Shown: positions 47,726 through 56,364 of the stretch, piece after piece
Layout of the letters: each line of letters opens with the position of its first letter
How positions within the stretch are numbered: position 1 is the stretch's first letter
Source: a virus
Taxonomy: Duplodnaviria > Heunggongvirae > Uroviricota > Caudoviricetes
Length of the DNA stretch: 64,000 nt
Virus record (IMG/VR): IMGVR_UViG_3300028832_000111
Strand: one strand, 5' to 3'
Made by a program: the position numbers and the translations under genes
The notes under the pieces: model-generated
The model's database searches: none
What the model saw: the letters and a program-made list of their open reading frames with translations, nothing else
Told to the model about the DNA's origin: nothing

Positions 47726-48130
47726 TCAGAAGGGGACATCATCATCTGCACCTCCCTGGGTCTCTAACGGATCAGGTGGCGGTGCCTGCGGTGCAGGTGC
47801 AGCATGTTGTGCGGGTTGCTGATTCTGCGTTTGAGCCGGAGCTGCTTGCTGCTGACCGTCACCACGAGATATATTGAAGCATCGAATAGAAGGAATCCAT
47901 TTTCCATTCCATTCTTTCGCGTCAATATCGAAGCTGATGGTCAGCGTCTCACCCTTTTGGATATTGAAGTTCTTGACTCTATCCTCACCGGATACCTCAA
48001 ATGGTATCTTTTTCGGATATTGCTCTTCGGTCTGAAGCACGAACCCTTGGATAAACCAAGGATTGCCCGATGCCTTTGCAATGCCAGAACGCGGTTCAAG
48101 TATTGCTATAATCTTACCAGTTGCTTGCAT
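47726..48130 (-). CDS. ssb: single-stranded-DNA-binding-like protein with an acidic C-terminal tail (134 aa)
   Basis: C-terminal ...GGADDDVPF resembles the SSB DDDIPF tip. Q/P-rich linker. Sits beside recT. Confidence 0.6.
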   Translation of the reverse strand: MQATGKIIAILEPRSGIAKASGNPWFIQGFVLQTEEQYPKKIPFEVSGEDRVKNFNIQKGETLTISFDIDAKEWNGKWIPSIRCFNISRGDGQQQAAPAQTQNQQPAQHAAPAPQAPPPDPLETQGGADDDVPF

Positions 48131-48135
48131 ATTGA

Positions 48136-50223
48136 TTATCCTTTATAGAAGAATCCCTGGAATCGCACGAGACGATCCATGTACTCAGGCGACTTGAACA
48201 GTCCGTCACCGTTACCGGCAAGGGCTTGTGCGCCATCCTCATCAATCACAACCTTACTGTCAAGAGCCTTGGGTACTCTGAAACAACAGATACATGGGAA
48301 ATTGACCTTGGCGTCACCTGTGATAACCTTGGCTGAAGCTCTCTGTGTGGCAGACAGGATGCGATAACCAAGAGAACGACCTTTCTGCAGGAGCATCTGC
48401 AGGTTCTCTTCCAGACTCTTGTCACGTCCTGTGACAATCCACTCCTTCTTCGGTCTGCCATCCTTATACTCACCGACTGTCACTTCCTCTCTGATGTCAA
48501 GCTCCTTGCCGGAACGAGCCGATGAAACTGCATCAGCGAACTCATCGAATACTATCAGTGTGAGACCGCCGAAAGTACCCTTGCGGGCTTGCATCTCCTC
48601 AACAAGTTCCTTCATGCGTTTCTCTATGTCTGCGATATCCGAATGAACCTCACATCTGTCTGAGAATGCAGAGAACTCGTATTTGGGATCCATGATGATA
48701 ACGCGCATCTTGGCGAGAAGGGCATAGGCGATAGTAGAGCGGATAAGAACGGATTTTCCGGAACCGGTAGCACCACAGACAAGCATGTGCGGAGTGGAAT
48801 GGTTCTCCAAATCCCATATTACCGGCTCTTTGAAGTTGTCAAGTCCGAGAGGTATGCGATGACCCTCAAGATATTTGGCATCCCATGCCAGTATCTCGGA
48901 ACTCTTCTTACTCACTTCTATGGAAAGATAAGAACGTCCTTCATGTACCACCAGGTCCTGAGCGACACGTACTGACGGAACATCAAGAGCGTAAGCGATA
49001 TCCTTCGCGTATGTCTTAAGAGAAGCGATGGGTATGCCTGCCGCCACCTCACACAGATAGGTGTTACATGAGAATCCTTCTATCTCATGGCTTACCTGAA
49101 CCTGTTTGCCGAAGGTACGGAACTTATGTTCGATTTTTTCTTTGTTTGTCATATTGCTATGCGAATAGTCGAAAGTAATAAACGATGCTGCATTCTTTCT
49201 GAATGAACGTATGACTCGCGGTGAAATCATCGCGATGCTGGAGTCCTTGATTTTACGCTGACGTTTCTCTATCAGAGGCTTCTTCCTTTCCGGGATATTG
49301 GGGAAGTCATCAACCTCTGCAATCAGAGTGCGTGCCGAGAACTCGTAAAGCTCTGCCTTGTCAGCAAGGTTGTCAGATGCGTTGATTGTGTAGATGTAGT
49401 CAGGATCAGCCACAGCTTCTATCATACGACGAAGAGGCTGATAGAGATAATACTCATGCAATTTGCGTGAGTCCTCATCCATCACGAAACGGTGCAGACG
49501 AAGCTGCTCGCTGCCGTTCTTGTTCTTGGAATACTTATTCTCGATGAACCAGACCTCATCTACATGGCGGTCATCCTTCTCGTCATGCTGCTCATATCCG
49601 AGTACGTAAGCGATAGCCTGCTGACCATGCACAAGAGAGACCTCATCGTCACCGGTATAGGCGCTTTTGCTCTTATGGTCTATGATGACAACCTTTCCGT
49701 CCTTTGTGCGTATCACAAGGTCTGCAATATAATGCAGAGGTAATGGGATATCGACACCGTTGCAGACCACCAGAGACTCTTCCTTGACCTCGACGGACAG
49801 AACCTCAGCTATATGGTCGGTATAGATACCATACTCGCCGCAGAAGTTCTGAATCAGAAGAGTGACAATCTTGATACATTGCTCTCTTGCCTGGTCAACG
49901 GAAGGATAAGTATCACTGAGCTTCCATGTGTTAGCGTCAACATCATCTATGTAGTTATATGCCACCGTTGACAACTCCACAAGATCCGGCTTCTTCGCAC
50001 CTTCATTGTAGCCCATGAAGAAAACCCTCAACGCCTCGTGATAGGCGTTACCGGCAATGGAGCTTATACTGCGTTTGTCCGGTTCGAGATAGACGAAGTT
50101 CTTCTCAAACTGCTTCTCGTTACGGGCGAAGGTGTTGACCTTACTGTATGACCATGAATCGATGAGATAACCTGACAGGAGGTTATCCATCTCATCGGGA
50201 GTGTAGCTGCTGTATTTGTTCAT
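48136..50223 (-). CDS. PD-(D/E)XK nuclease domain fused to an FtsK/SpoIIIE-type motor (695 aa)
   Basis: N-terminal IADLVIRTKDGKVVIIDHKSK (D...D-x-K). C-terminal PHMLVCGATGSGKSVLI, LIVFDEFADAV and SATQRAS. Confidence 0.75.
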   Translation of the reverse strand: MNKYSSYTPDEMDNLLSGYLIDSWSYSKVNTFARNEKQFEKNFVYLEPDKRSISSIAGNAYHEALRVFFMGYNEGAKKPDLVELSTVAYNYIDDVDANTWKLSDTYPSVDQAREQCIKIVTLLIQNFCGEYGIYTDHIAEVLSVEVKEESLVVCNGVDIPLPLHYIADLVIRTKDGKVVIIDHKSKSAYTGDDEVSLVHGQQAIAYVLGYEQHDEKDDRHVDEVWFIENKYSKNKNGSEQLRLHRFVMDEDSRKLHEYYLYQPLRRMIEAVADPDYIYTINASDNLADKAELYEFSARTLIAEVDDFPNIPERKKPLIEKRQRKIKDSSIAMISPRVIRSFRKNAASFITFDYSHSNMTNKEKIEHKFRTFGKQVQVSHEIEGFSCNTYLCEVAAGIPIASLKTYAKDIAYALDVPSVRVAQDLVVHEGRSYLSIEVSKKSSEILAWDAKYLEGHRIPLGLDNFKEPVIWDLENHSTPHMLVCGATGSGKSVLIRSTIAYALLAKMRVIIMDPKYEFSAFSDRCEVHSDIADIEKRMKELVEEMQARKGTFGGLTLIVFDEFADAVSSARSGKELDIREEVTVGEYKDGRPKKEWIVTGRDKSLEENLQMLLQKGRSLGYRILSATQRASAKVITGDAKVNFPCICCFRVPKALDSKVVIDEDGAQALAGNGDGLFKSPEYMDRLVRFQGFFYKG

Positions 50224-50226
50224 GCG

Positions 50227-51039
50227 TTACGGCATTTCCGGTTTCTCCTTCTTTTCCTTGCGCATCCTTTCCTTCTTGTTGTCTGCGCTCTCTTCAACGG
50301 GCTTGTTGTTCTCTTCCGGGTTATCGACATATTCCACTTCAGCATTGTCAATCTCCTCGACGCTACCCATCTGAGTGAAGTCACCCTTAGCGATACCCTG
50401 GTCATACTTGATGGCACGCTGCATCTCGATAGACAGGATACCGAACTTGGAGAGGAGCAACTTCATCACGGTCTTGAGACACATAGCCTCTGTGTTGTCC
50501 TTCCAAGGACCGGAGTTGAAAGACTTGGAGTATTTCTTGCCATGAGCCAGGACTTCAGCCTCAGTCATATAGAAATACTTCTCATATCCGTCAACCATAC
50601 GGAAGTATGCCATATAACCGATAACCTTGTCGCTTGTGCGTTTGGTCGGGTCAAACTCGTAGTCATCAGTGAAGGGGTTATACTTCACAAGCTCTCCCTC
50701 ATGTACAACGGCGTTGGTTATTCTGAGGTACTGACCGCTACGTATGGCGAGCTGAATCAAGCCACGGGTCATAATCTGGAACTGAGCGACCTGTCCGTAG
50801 GGGACGATGGCGGCAAAGCCGAGATTGGGGTTAATGGGGAGGTCGAGACTGGCTGCAACCATAGCGCTTGAATAAACACTCTGAGGTGATGCCTTCTGCA
50901 GTAATGTGTTGTTGTTGACAACAGACAACACACTGGTCACGAAACCTTGCGCTTTCTGACCGAGCATGGAGCGCAGGTTGTTCATGCATGTTTCGTTGTT
51001 GAAATAGCCGCGCAGGGCTACTACGTTTGAATTAGCCAT
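50227..51039 (-). CDS. recT: RecT-family single-strand annealing protein (270 aa)
   Basis: Overall RecT-like pattern (...GFAAIVPYG...YMAYFRMVDGYEKYFYMTEAEVLAHGKKYSKSFNSGPWKDNTEAMCLKTVMKLL). Confidence 0.8.
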   Translation of the reverse strand: MANSNVVALRGYFNNETCMNNLRSMLGQKAQGFVTSVLSVVNNNTLLQKASPQSVYSSAMVAASLDLPINPNLGFAAIVPYGQVAQFQIMTRGLIQLAIRSGQYLRITNAVVHEGELVKYNPFTDDYEFDPTKRTSDKVIGYMAYFRMVDGYEKYFYMTEAEVLAHGKKYSKSFNSGPWKDNTEAMCLKTVMKLLLSKFGILSIEMQRAIKYDQGIAKGDFTQMGSVEEIDNAEVEYVDNPEENNKPVEESADNKKERMRKEKKEKPEMP

Positions 51040-51040
51040 A

Positions 51041-51250
51041 TTACTTATCTTTGATGTTGAAACTTACTCCGTTTATTGTTCTGTGGAACTCCAAGGTGCC
51101 GCCTGTGACAGCCTGGTTCAGTTCATCCTTGACCAACTGAGCTATCTCGTTCATAATCTCACTGTGAAGAACATAAGGAGGCTCTACATTACGTGACCTC
51201 TTGTCCTCCTCCATCCTGCGTATTATGTCAATGACGTCAATCATGATCAA
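51041..51250 (-). CDS. hypothetical protein (69 aa)
   Basis: ORF. Confidence 0.5.
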   Translation of the reverse strand: MIMIDVIDIIRRMEEDKRSRNVEPPYVLHSEIMNEIAQLVKDELNQAVTGGTLEFHRTINGVSFNIKDK

Positions 51251-51647
51251 ATAAAGACGGTTGTCTGGAGTCCTTGGTTTCCACGCCGTTCACCTCGGTG
51301 ATAGTGAACTCTATGCGAGGGTTGTTCTTGTCTATGAATTTGCGGGCATGAATCTCCACGCACTGACGGTCATTCTTGATAGCCTTGCACATCTGCAGAC
51401 AGTCAAGCAAACTCTTAAGGCTGTTGTCAAGGTCCGGCTGATTGCTGGAGAAATAGACATCCGCATCAAGACGGAAGAAATTCGAGATCATGCGGTCCCT
51501 GTATTTACCGCATTGGAGGAAGAAAGCCTTCTCGTATTGCTCCAATGCCGGGGTCTTACCCAAAGAACCATGTCCGGCAATCGTGATGATTTTGTATTGA
51601 TTGCTCTTCGATGGCGGCTGACCATATATTGTTTGCTCGTGTTTCAT
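51237..51647 (-). CDS. rusA: RusA-family Holliday-junction resolvase (136 aa)
   Basis: PSKSNQYKI...DLDNSLKSLLDCLQ (D-x-D-N...K catalytic pattern). Confidence 0.7.
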   Translation of the reverse strand: MKHEQTIYGQPPSKSNQYKIITIAGHGSLGKTPALEQYEKAFFLQCGKYRDRMISNFFRLDADVYFSSNQPDLDNSLKSLLDCLQMCKAIKNDRQCVEIHARKFIDKNNPRIEFTITEVNGVETKDSRQPSLFDHD

Positions 51648-51856
51648 ATCTCGCTGTTATCTTTTGTTTCCTGTTTCGGTCTTGGTCTGTTCACCCAATT
51701 GTCACACTCGAACGACATGCCTTCATAAGCCGCCCGAGAAAGGAGGCTTACCAGAACATCTTGCCTGATTGAAACCGTAGTTCTCCCTTTGTATTCGAGG
51801 GTTAATTTCTTGGCTATCTCCAGAGCTTTGTCAGACCAGTTCATAGTAAAATACAA
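51644..51856 (-). CDS. hypothetical protein (70 aa)
   Basis: ORF. Confidence 0.5.
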   Translation of the reverse strand: MYFTMNWSDKALEIAKKLTLEYKGRTTVSIRQDVLVSLLSRAAYEGMSFECDNWVNRPRPKQETKDNSEI

Positions 51857-51884
51857 AACCGCCTATCTTCACAGACGAGCGGTT
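51857..51884. ncRNA. hairpin A with conserved loop TATCTTCACAGAC
   Basis: AACCGC-ctatcttcacagacga-GCGGTT. Confidence 0.45.
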
Positions 51885-51940
51885 GAATATAGATATACCA
51901 ATAATAAATGAGTAATTGGATTGGGATGTTAGAATAGTGA

Positions 51941-51966
51941 ACGGGTAGGGTTTCAATCCCACCCGT
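51941..51966. repeat. hairpin repeat B1
   Basis: ACGGGTaGGG-tttcaat-CCCACCCGT. About 80% identical to B2. Confidence 0.5.
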
Positions 51967-52047
51967 CCTGCCAAACTACCTTCACAGGCAATCGAGCTAC
52001 AAGATTTTCAGTAAAAAATTGATTCTCTATCGAACAAGTGTTTGTGA

Positions 52048-52073
52048 GCGGGTTGGGTTTCAATCCACCCCGC
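52048..52073. repeat. hairpin repeat B2
   Basis: GCGGGTTGGG-tttcaat-CCACCCCGC. Confidence 0.5.
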
Positions 52074-52251
52074 CCGGAATCTCGTTGTACATTTTTGTAC
52101 AATGAAAATCCCTGCCTTCGTGTCACTCGCGTGAGACATTAGCTAACCTTCAATTACTAACCATTAAGTATTTTCCTTACAAAATCGAACCCTGATCCTC
52201 ACGGACTGTTGTGGGCTTACCATATTCCTTCATTGCCTTGCGAAAAAAGAT

Positions 52252-52326
52252 TGGTCTCGGGGGTAGGAGTCGAACCTACGACCTTTACGTTATGAGCGTA
52301 ACGAGCTACCACTGCTCCACCCCGAT
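52252..52326 (-). tRNA. tRNA-Met(CAT), elongator or possibly Ile2 (lysidine)
   Basis: Hand-folded: D arm GAGC-AGTGGTA-GCTC, anticodon arm TTACG-CTCATAA-CGTAA, T arm GTAGG-TTCGACT-CCTAC, CCA encoded, A1:G72 mismatch. Confidence 0.75.
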
Positions 52327-52407
52327 AGGTTGGGTATTTCTCATACCCTTGCAGTCTTCGTTTATTAGGGAGTTGTCATCACTGCTATATACTCTCTCTG
52401 GTGGGGT

Positions 52408-52439
52408 GCTTCATCTTATCTTCACAGACAGGATGAAGC
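52408..52439. ncRNA. hairpin A' with the same conserved loop but a different stem
   Basis: GCTTCATC-ttatcttcacagacag-GATGAAGC. Confidence 0.45.
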
Positions 52440-52481
52440 GGGGTTGATGTCTTGATATTTATAAAAAGGACTCGTGGCTTG

Positions 52482-52553
52482 AAAGGATAGGAGGGCTCGA
52501 ACCTCCGACACATGGGTTAGTCCCCACTGCTCTACCAACTGAGCTATATCCCC
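52482..52553 (-). tRNA. tRNA of uncertain identity. Irregular anticodon arm whose loop contains CTA.
   Basis: Canonical D arm TAGCTCAGTTGGTAGAGCA and T arm GGAGGTTCGAGCCCTCC. The anticodon region GTGGG-GACTAA-CCCAT folds only with a 6 nt loop. Acceptor pairs 1-72 and 2-71 are G:U. Confidence 0.5.
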
Positions 52554-52863
52554 GCCTGTTTGCACAGGCTTATGTTTTAGGGCGCACAGCGTTACCTGTG
52601 ATTTAATGGCCATGCCAACCCTGGTTTTTTCTTAGCCTTCAATTTTTCTTCATAACAAGTATCAACTATACCGTATGACACCTGTTGTCAGTATAGGCGG
52701 TTTTATTCCGCCAACCCATTTTGCCTATTCACCACCAACGGGTTTTCGGCGGACGCATGAGCTGCTGTCTATGCCTCTTCCGAGGGTTAGGAGGTCTGCC
52801 GCTGGGTCCTTCCCGCACCTTGGAGTATCACGTACCCCTTGACCTCCCAGTATGTCCTGACCG

Positions 52864-53034
52864 TTACCGGTCGTTAGCCAGGAAAGCGTCAAGGTCGCTC
52901 TTGCGGAACAGCCAGCGTCCTGCAGGCTTGGTGCAAGGGATGAGCCCCTGTGAGATGTAAGACTGCATGGTACGGAAGCATACGCCTATATACCGTGCCG
53001 CCTCAGTGCTCCTTAAGTACGTCTCTTTTCCCAT
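52864..53034 (-). CDS. excisionase/AlpA-like HTH protein (56 aa). Not in the ORF track.
   Basis: Product MGKETYLRSTEAARYIGVCFRTMQSYISQGLIPCTKPAGRWLFRKSDLDAFLANDR. Confidence 0.5.
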   Translation of the reverse strand: MGKETYLRSTEAARYIGVCFRTMQSYISQGLIPCTKPAGRWLFRKSDLDAFLANDR

Positions 53035-53055
53035 CAGCTTTCTCGGTTATATTGT

Positions 53056-53409
53056 TTACAATGCCAGTGGCATGTGTATAGTCAGATGTTTTGCCGCCCG
53101 GTTCTTAGCCAGGTAGCGGTCGTATTCCTCCATCAGTGTGGCGGCGTTGAACCTCAACGGTGAAGACTGGCTCGCACCCTTACGGTAGCTGAACTGCGGT
53201 CTGCCGTTCTCGTCATCCTTGATGCGGTAGAGTAGCCATACGGAAATACCGAGGCGGGCAGCGGCTTCCTTGGCCGACACCAGTCTCTCTTCCTTATTCT
53301 GCAGCTGTGACTGAGCCTTGACGTAGGCTGCCATCCATTCAGGGTTGTTAGCCTGCTCCTGCACGATCAATCGTGACAGTGTTTGAAGTTCATTAAATGA
53401 TAACGCCAT
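53056..53409 (-). CDS. HTH DNA-binding protein, excisionase-like (117 aa)
   Basis: VSAKEAAARLGISVWLLYRIKDDENGRPQFSYRKG. Confidence 0.55.
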   Translation of the reverse strand: MALSFNELQTLSRLIVQEQANNPEWMAAYVKAQSQLQNKEERLVSAKEAAARLGISVWLLYRIKDDENGRPQFSYRKGASQSSPLRFNAATLMEEYDRYLAKNRAAKHLTIHMPLAL

Positions 53410-53430
53410 ACCACACCAAATTACGTTATT

Positions 53431-53664
53431 TCACTTCTTTTTACTTACCTCCTGGGGTTCCACCACTTTGATTGTAATGGTGTTTGTATTGCGGTCGATG
53501 TTGCATGTGTAAGTCATGCCGTCTTCACGCGGATGCGCGTTCTTGGTATATGTGACAAGGTTCTTCGCAGACATACAAGCCATGTAATTCGGCAGCTTCA
53601 CCACAAGGGTTCCGCCTTTACCGATGCTCTGAATGTCGTTTGTAGAGATTTTGTCCGCAATCAT
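53431..53664 (-). CDS. hypothetical protein (77 aa)
   Basis: ORF. Confidence 0.5.
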   Translation of the reverse strand: MIADKISTNDIQSIGKGGTLVVKLPNYMACMSAKNLVTYTKNAHPREDGMTYTCNIDRNTNTITIKVVEPQEVSKKK

Positions 53665-53711
53665 AGTCTCTAAAATTGTATCGTTTTTACTTTATTATAC
53701 TTCAAAAGGTT

Positions 53712-53750
53712 TGGTACTTCCGTGATATAACGTATCTTTGCATCGCCAAA
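53712..53750 (+). promoter_or_regulatory. Bacteroides-type sigma-A promoter (-33 TTTG, -7 TAtcTTTG)
   Basis: ggTTTGgtacttccgtgatataacgTATCTTTGcat. The spacer matches the TTTG-N19-TAnnTTTG consensus. Confidence 0.5.
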
Positions 53751-53899
53751 TGAGTTCTACGTTTGTTCTAACCGGAAATTGGAACAATCGCGGAAGCGCC
53801 GCACCTTTTTGTTTTACCAACTCTGGTGCGAAGATAAAGTGTTTTGACGTGAAATATTCGTCAAATAACGGATTTAACATTACTTTAACATTTGCACTT

Positions 53900-54376
53900 A
53901 TGGTTATCGGTAAAAGACATGAGAGATTCGAGAAGGCTATCAATTATCTGCAGAAGGAAAAAATCCTTGATAGCAAGAATGTTGTGAAATCTATATCAGA
54001 GGGGATGGGAAGACACCCGAACAATGTCCGCTCAGCTATGAGGGGTGATTCGGAATACCTCACTTTCAAGTTCGTGAAAACATTCTGCTCAGTCTTCGGT
54101 AATGTAATTTCCCCGGAATGGATTTGGGATGGCGTAGGTGATATGGTATGTGTCGAGAACACCTTGTTTCAGGAAGAGCCTGAAGTGTCAGAGGAAACTC
54201 TTCAGCGGCTATCCAGGGAAGAGCTGATAGTGTTGGTCAAACAGCTCATCACCCTTCACAGCGAACAGAACGAGATGTACCGGATGATGATAAAACAGAA
54301 TGAGGAGATGATACGTAACGGTCAGAGCCGTTTCAATGACATAACGAACATCATATATAAGAACGTGCAACAATGA
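53900..54376 (+). CDS. putative lysogeny regulator (158 aa from Met MVIGKRHE...)
   Basis: Internal start of track ORF 53738..54376, downstream of the promoter. C-terminal coiled coil. Confidence 0.5.
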   Translation: MVIGKRHERFEKAINYLQKEKILDSKNVVKSISEGMGRHPNNVRSAMRGDSEYLTFKFVKTFCSVFGNVISPEWIWDGVGDMVCVENTLFQEEPEVSEETLQRLSREELIVLVKQLITLHSEQNEMYRMMIKQNEEMIRNGQSRFNDITNIIYKNVQQ

Positions 54377-54379
54377 ATT

Positions 54380-54672
54380 TGTGAACCAAAGTCGTACCAC
54401 CGAATCGTATAACCCATTGATATAAAGGATGAATGTGGTCCCGAGCGGATCACGAGGTGGGAAGGAAAATGCGGATTCAGCCGACCGCGCCCACCAAAAT
54501 CCAGGCTGATTTTCAGTAAGTTATAGATTCGACGTCCGACAAGTGACACACCGGACATGTGTACCGCGCAATTACGCAGAATTACGCAATTCTACGCATT
54601 ATTACGCAATTGTGTGACACCAAAGTCGTACCAACGGTGTGTACCATTTTGACAAACCTATAACTACTGAGA
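54380..54672. other. attP-like/arm-site region upstream of the integrase gene
   Basis: 15 bp direct repeat CCAAAGTCGTACCA at 54383 and 54621. Four tandem (g/t)aatTACGCA repeats at 54568-54610. GTGTACC/GTGTGAC motifs. Confidence 0.45.
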
Positions 54673-54673
54673 T

Positions 54674-55810
54674 ATGAAGATAGCAAAAACAAGGGTTGTC
54701 TTTGACAGACACAACACCGCGACCCGCAAGACGGCGGCATCAGTCTATATCGAGGTCTCTTATGACCGGGTACGCAACTTCTACAACACCGGGATACGTC
54801 TGTGCGCCGGTCAGTTCAAGGATGGTAGAGTCATCAACCACGGACAGATGGCGGAGTATCAGCAACGCATCAATGACATGCGCTCCGAAATCGAGGATTA
54901 CATCACCGCCAAGATCAAGGCGAAGGAAGAGTTCACCCTTGAAGGGCTCAAACAGTTTATGGACGGCCGTGTCACCGGCACCAAGGATTCGTTCCTGCGT
55001 TTCATGCTCAAGCGCATCAACGAACGTCCGATAAAGGAAACCACAAGGAAATCCCAGATGTCCGTTTACAACACATTGCGCAGGTGGGGGCATATAAGGC
55101 AGTTCGGTGACATCACAGACGCCAACATAAGGCTGTGGGATGACCTGGCGCATCAGAACGCCGAGAAGAGGAAATCCGTCTGGAACTACCATAAGATTCT
55201 CAAGATATACATACGTGAAGCTATCGAGTTCGGTCACATCACTGACAACCCATATACACGGATCAAGCCCCAACGTGACAACCCGACCGGTCATCGGTAT
55301 CTGACACAAGAGGAGCTGGACCGGATAAAGTCACTTCCCTTACCTGAGAAGCCTCTGCGTGATGCGCGTATGTGCTTCCTGTTCCAGTGTTATACAAGTA
55401 TGGCCTATGCAGACATGAAGGTGTTCGACATAGCCAATGCCAGGAGCATCGGAGGGCGTCTGCGTATGAGGGACAACCGCGTCAAGACAGGCGAGGAGTA
55501 TAACATCACGCTTCTCAAGCCGGTGCTTGACATACTCAAGGAATGCAATTATCGTCTGCCGGTTCAGAGTGACCAGTATTACAACCGCAACCTGCAGGTG
55601 ATACAGTTCCGCGCCGGGATCCAGACGCATCTCACGTCACACGTGGGACGTCATACCTTCGCCACGTCGATAGCGCTCAAGAACAAGATACCTGTCGAGG
55701 TGTTGCAGAAGATAATGGGACACAACAGCATCAAGACAACACAGATATATGCCAAGGTGCTGCAGGAGTCCGTTGACGAGGCGTTTGACCAGCTTAACGC
55801 CATCTTATGA
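54674..55810 (+). CDS. int: tyrosine integrase (378 aa)
   Basis: C-terminal HVGRHTFATSIALKNKIPVEVLQKIMGHNSIKTTQIYAKV (R..H..R..Y). N-terminal SAM-like domain. Confidence 0.85.
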   Translation: MKIAKTRVVFDRHNTATRKTAASVYIEVSYDRVRNFYNTGIRLCAGQFKDGRVINHGQMAEYQQRINDMRSEIEDYITAKIKAKEEFTLEGLKQFMDGRVTGTKDSFLRFMLKRINERPIKETTRKSQMSVYNTLRRWGHIRQFGDITDANIRLWDDLAHQNAEKRKSVWNYHKILKIYIREAIEFGHITDNPYTRIKPQRDNPTGHRYLTQEELDRIKSLPLPEKPLRDARMCFLFQCYTSMAYADMKVFDIANARSIGGRLRMRDNRVKTGEEYNITLLKPVLDILKECNYRLPVQSDQYYNRNLQVIQFRAGIQTHLTSHVGRHTFATSIALKNKIPVEVLQKIMGHNSIKTTQIYAKVLQESVDEAFDQLNAIL

Positions 55811-55815
55811 AGAAA

Positions 55816-55851
55816 CAGGGGCGCTCATGTGAGTACCCCTGCTTTGTTCTT
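55816..55851 (+). terminator. rho-independent terminator
   Basis: caggggcgctcatgtgagtacccctg followed by ctttgttctt. Confidence 0.6.
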
Positions 55852-55902
55852 GTCTATCCTCACGGACGGATTCAAACTCAACCAATGTGCTTAATAGGAA
55901 AA

Positions 55903-56364
55903 TTAAGTCTTTGTTTTTATATATAGTATGACAAAGGTTACAATCAGTAGGATGATGCCGACCTTACCTGATACAATCCAAAACTGCTGCAGTGCTGTCA
56001 GTTCTGCCGGGACGTATTCAGTCGGTCCCGGAACTGGATAAGGAATAGAATCTCTCTTAACGTTGGAGAGAGAGTCAATCTGCGCTTGTAAGTATTTTTC
56101 GTATTTGTAGTCCCTTTCCCAGTGCCACTTCTCGATGAGGATGGTATCTCCGTCCTTGCGAAAGGAGGCGGAGTCGCGAACTTCCCGGTCGCGATATACT
56201 ATGCTGTCACGCATTACAGTATGTTTTATAGTGTCATGCTCATAGTGGTACTCCGGGACGGGCTGGTAGATTATCCTCGTGCATCCTGCAGTAGATAGCA
56301 GCGCCACCAGACAGATGAGCAGCAACACCGACATGACGATGTATTTAATTACTTTCCTCTTCAT
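55903..56364 (-). CDS. unimolecular-spanin-like lipoprotein (153 aa)
   Basis: Lipobox LLSTAGC after a signal sequence, plus a C-terminal TM helix FWIVSGKVGIILLIVTFVILYI. Lies downstream of the holin and endolysin. Confidence 0.5.
   Translation of the reverse strand: MKRKVIKYIVMSVLLLICLVALLSTAGCTRIIYQPVPEYHYEHDTIKHTVMRDSIVYRDREVRDSASFRKDGDTILIEKWHWERDYKYEKYLQAQIDSLSNVKRDSIPYPVPGPTEYVPAELTALQQFWIVSGKVGIILLIVTFVILYIKTKT

Noticed and set aside
51941-52073. Hairpins B1 and B2 as tRNA 3' halves or attP core (contains GGGTTTCAATCCC and ends ...CTGCCA)
   Set aside because: No 5' acceptor-strand partner lies within 100 nt. The T-loop would be TTTCAAT with a 3 bp stem, and the sequence forms a long simple hairpin. 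Kept as a structured repeat only.
52211-52613. ORFs 52211..52447(+) and 52422..52613(-)
   Set aside because: They overlap the two tRNA genes and the conserved hairpins, with no coding signature.
53738-53943. N-terminal 54 aa of track ORF 53738..54376, and the overlapping minus ORF 53695..53943
   Set aside because: The region holds a good promoter (53712-53750). The N-terminal extension has poor composition, and Met at 53900 gives a sensible regulator-sized protein.
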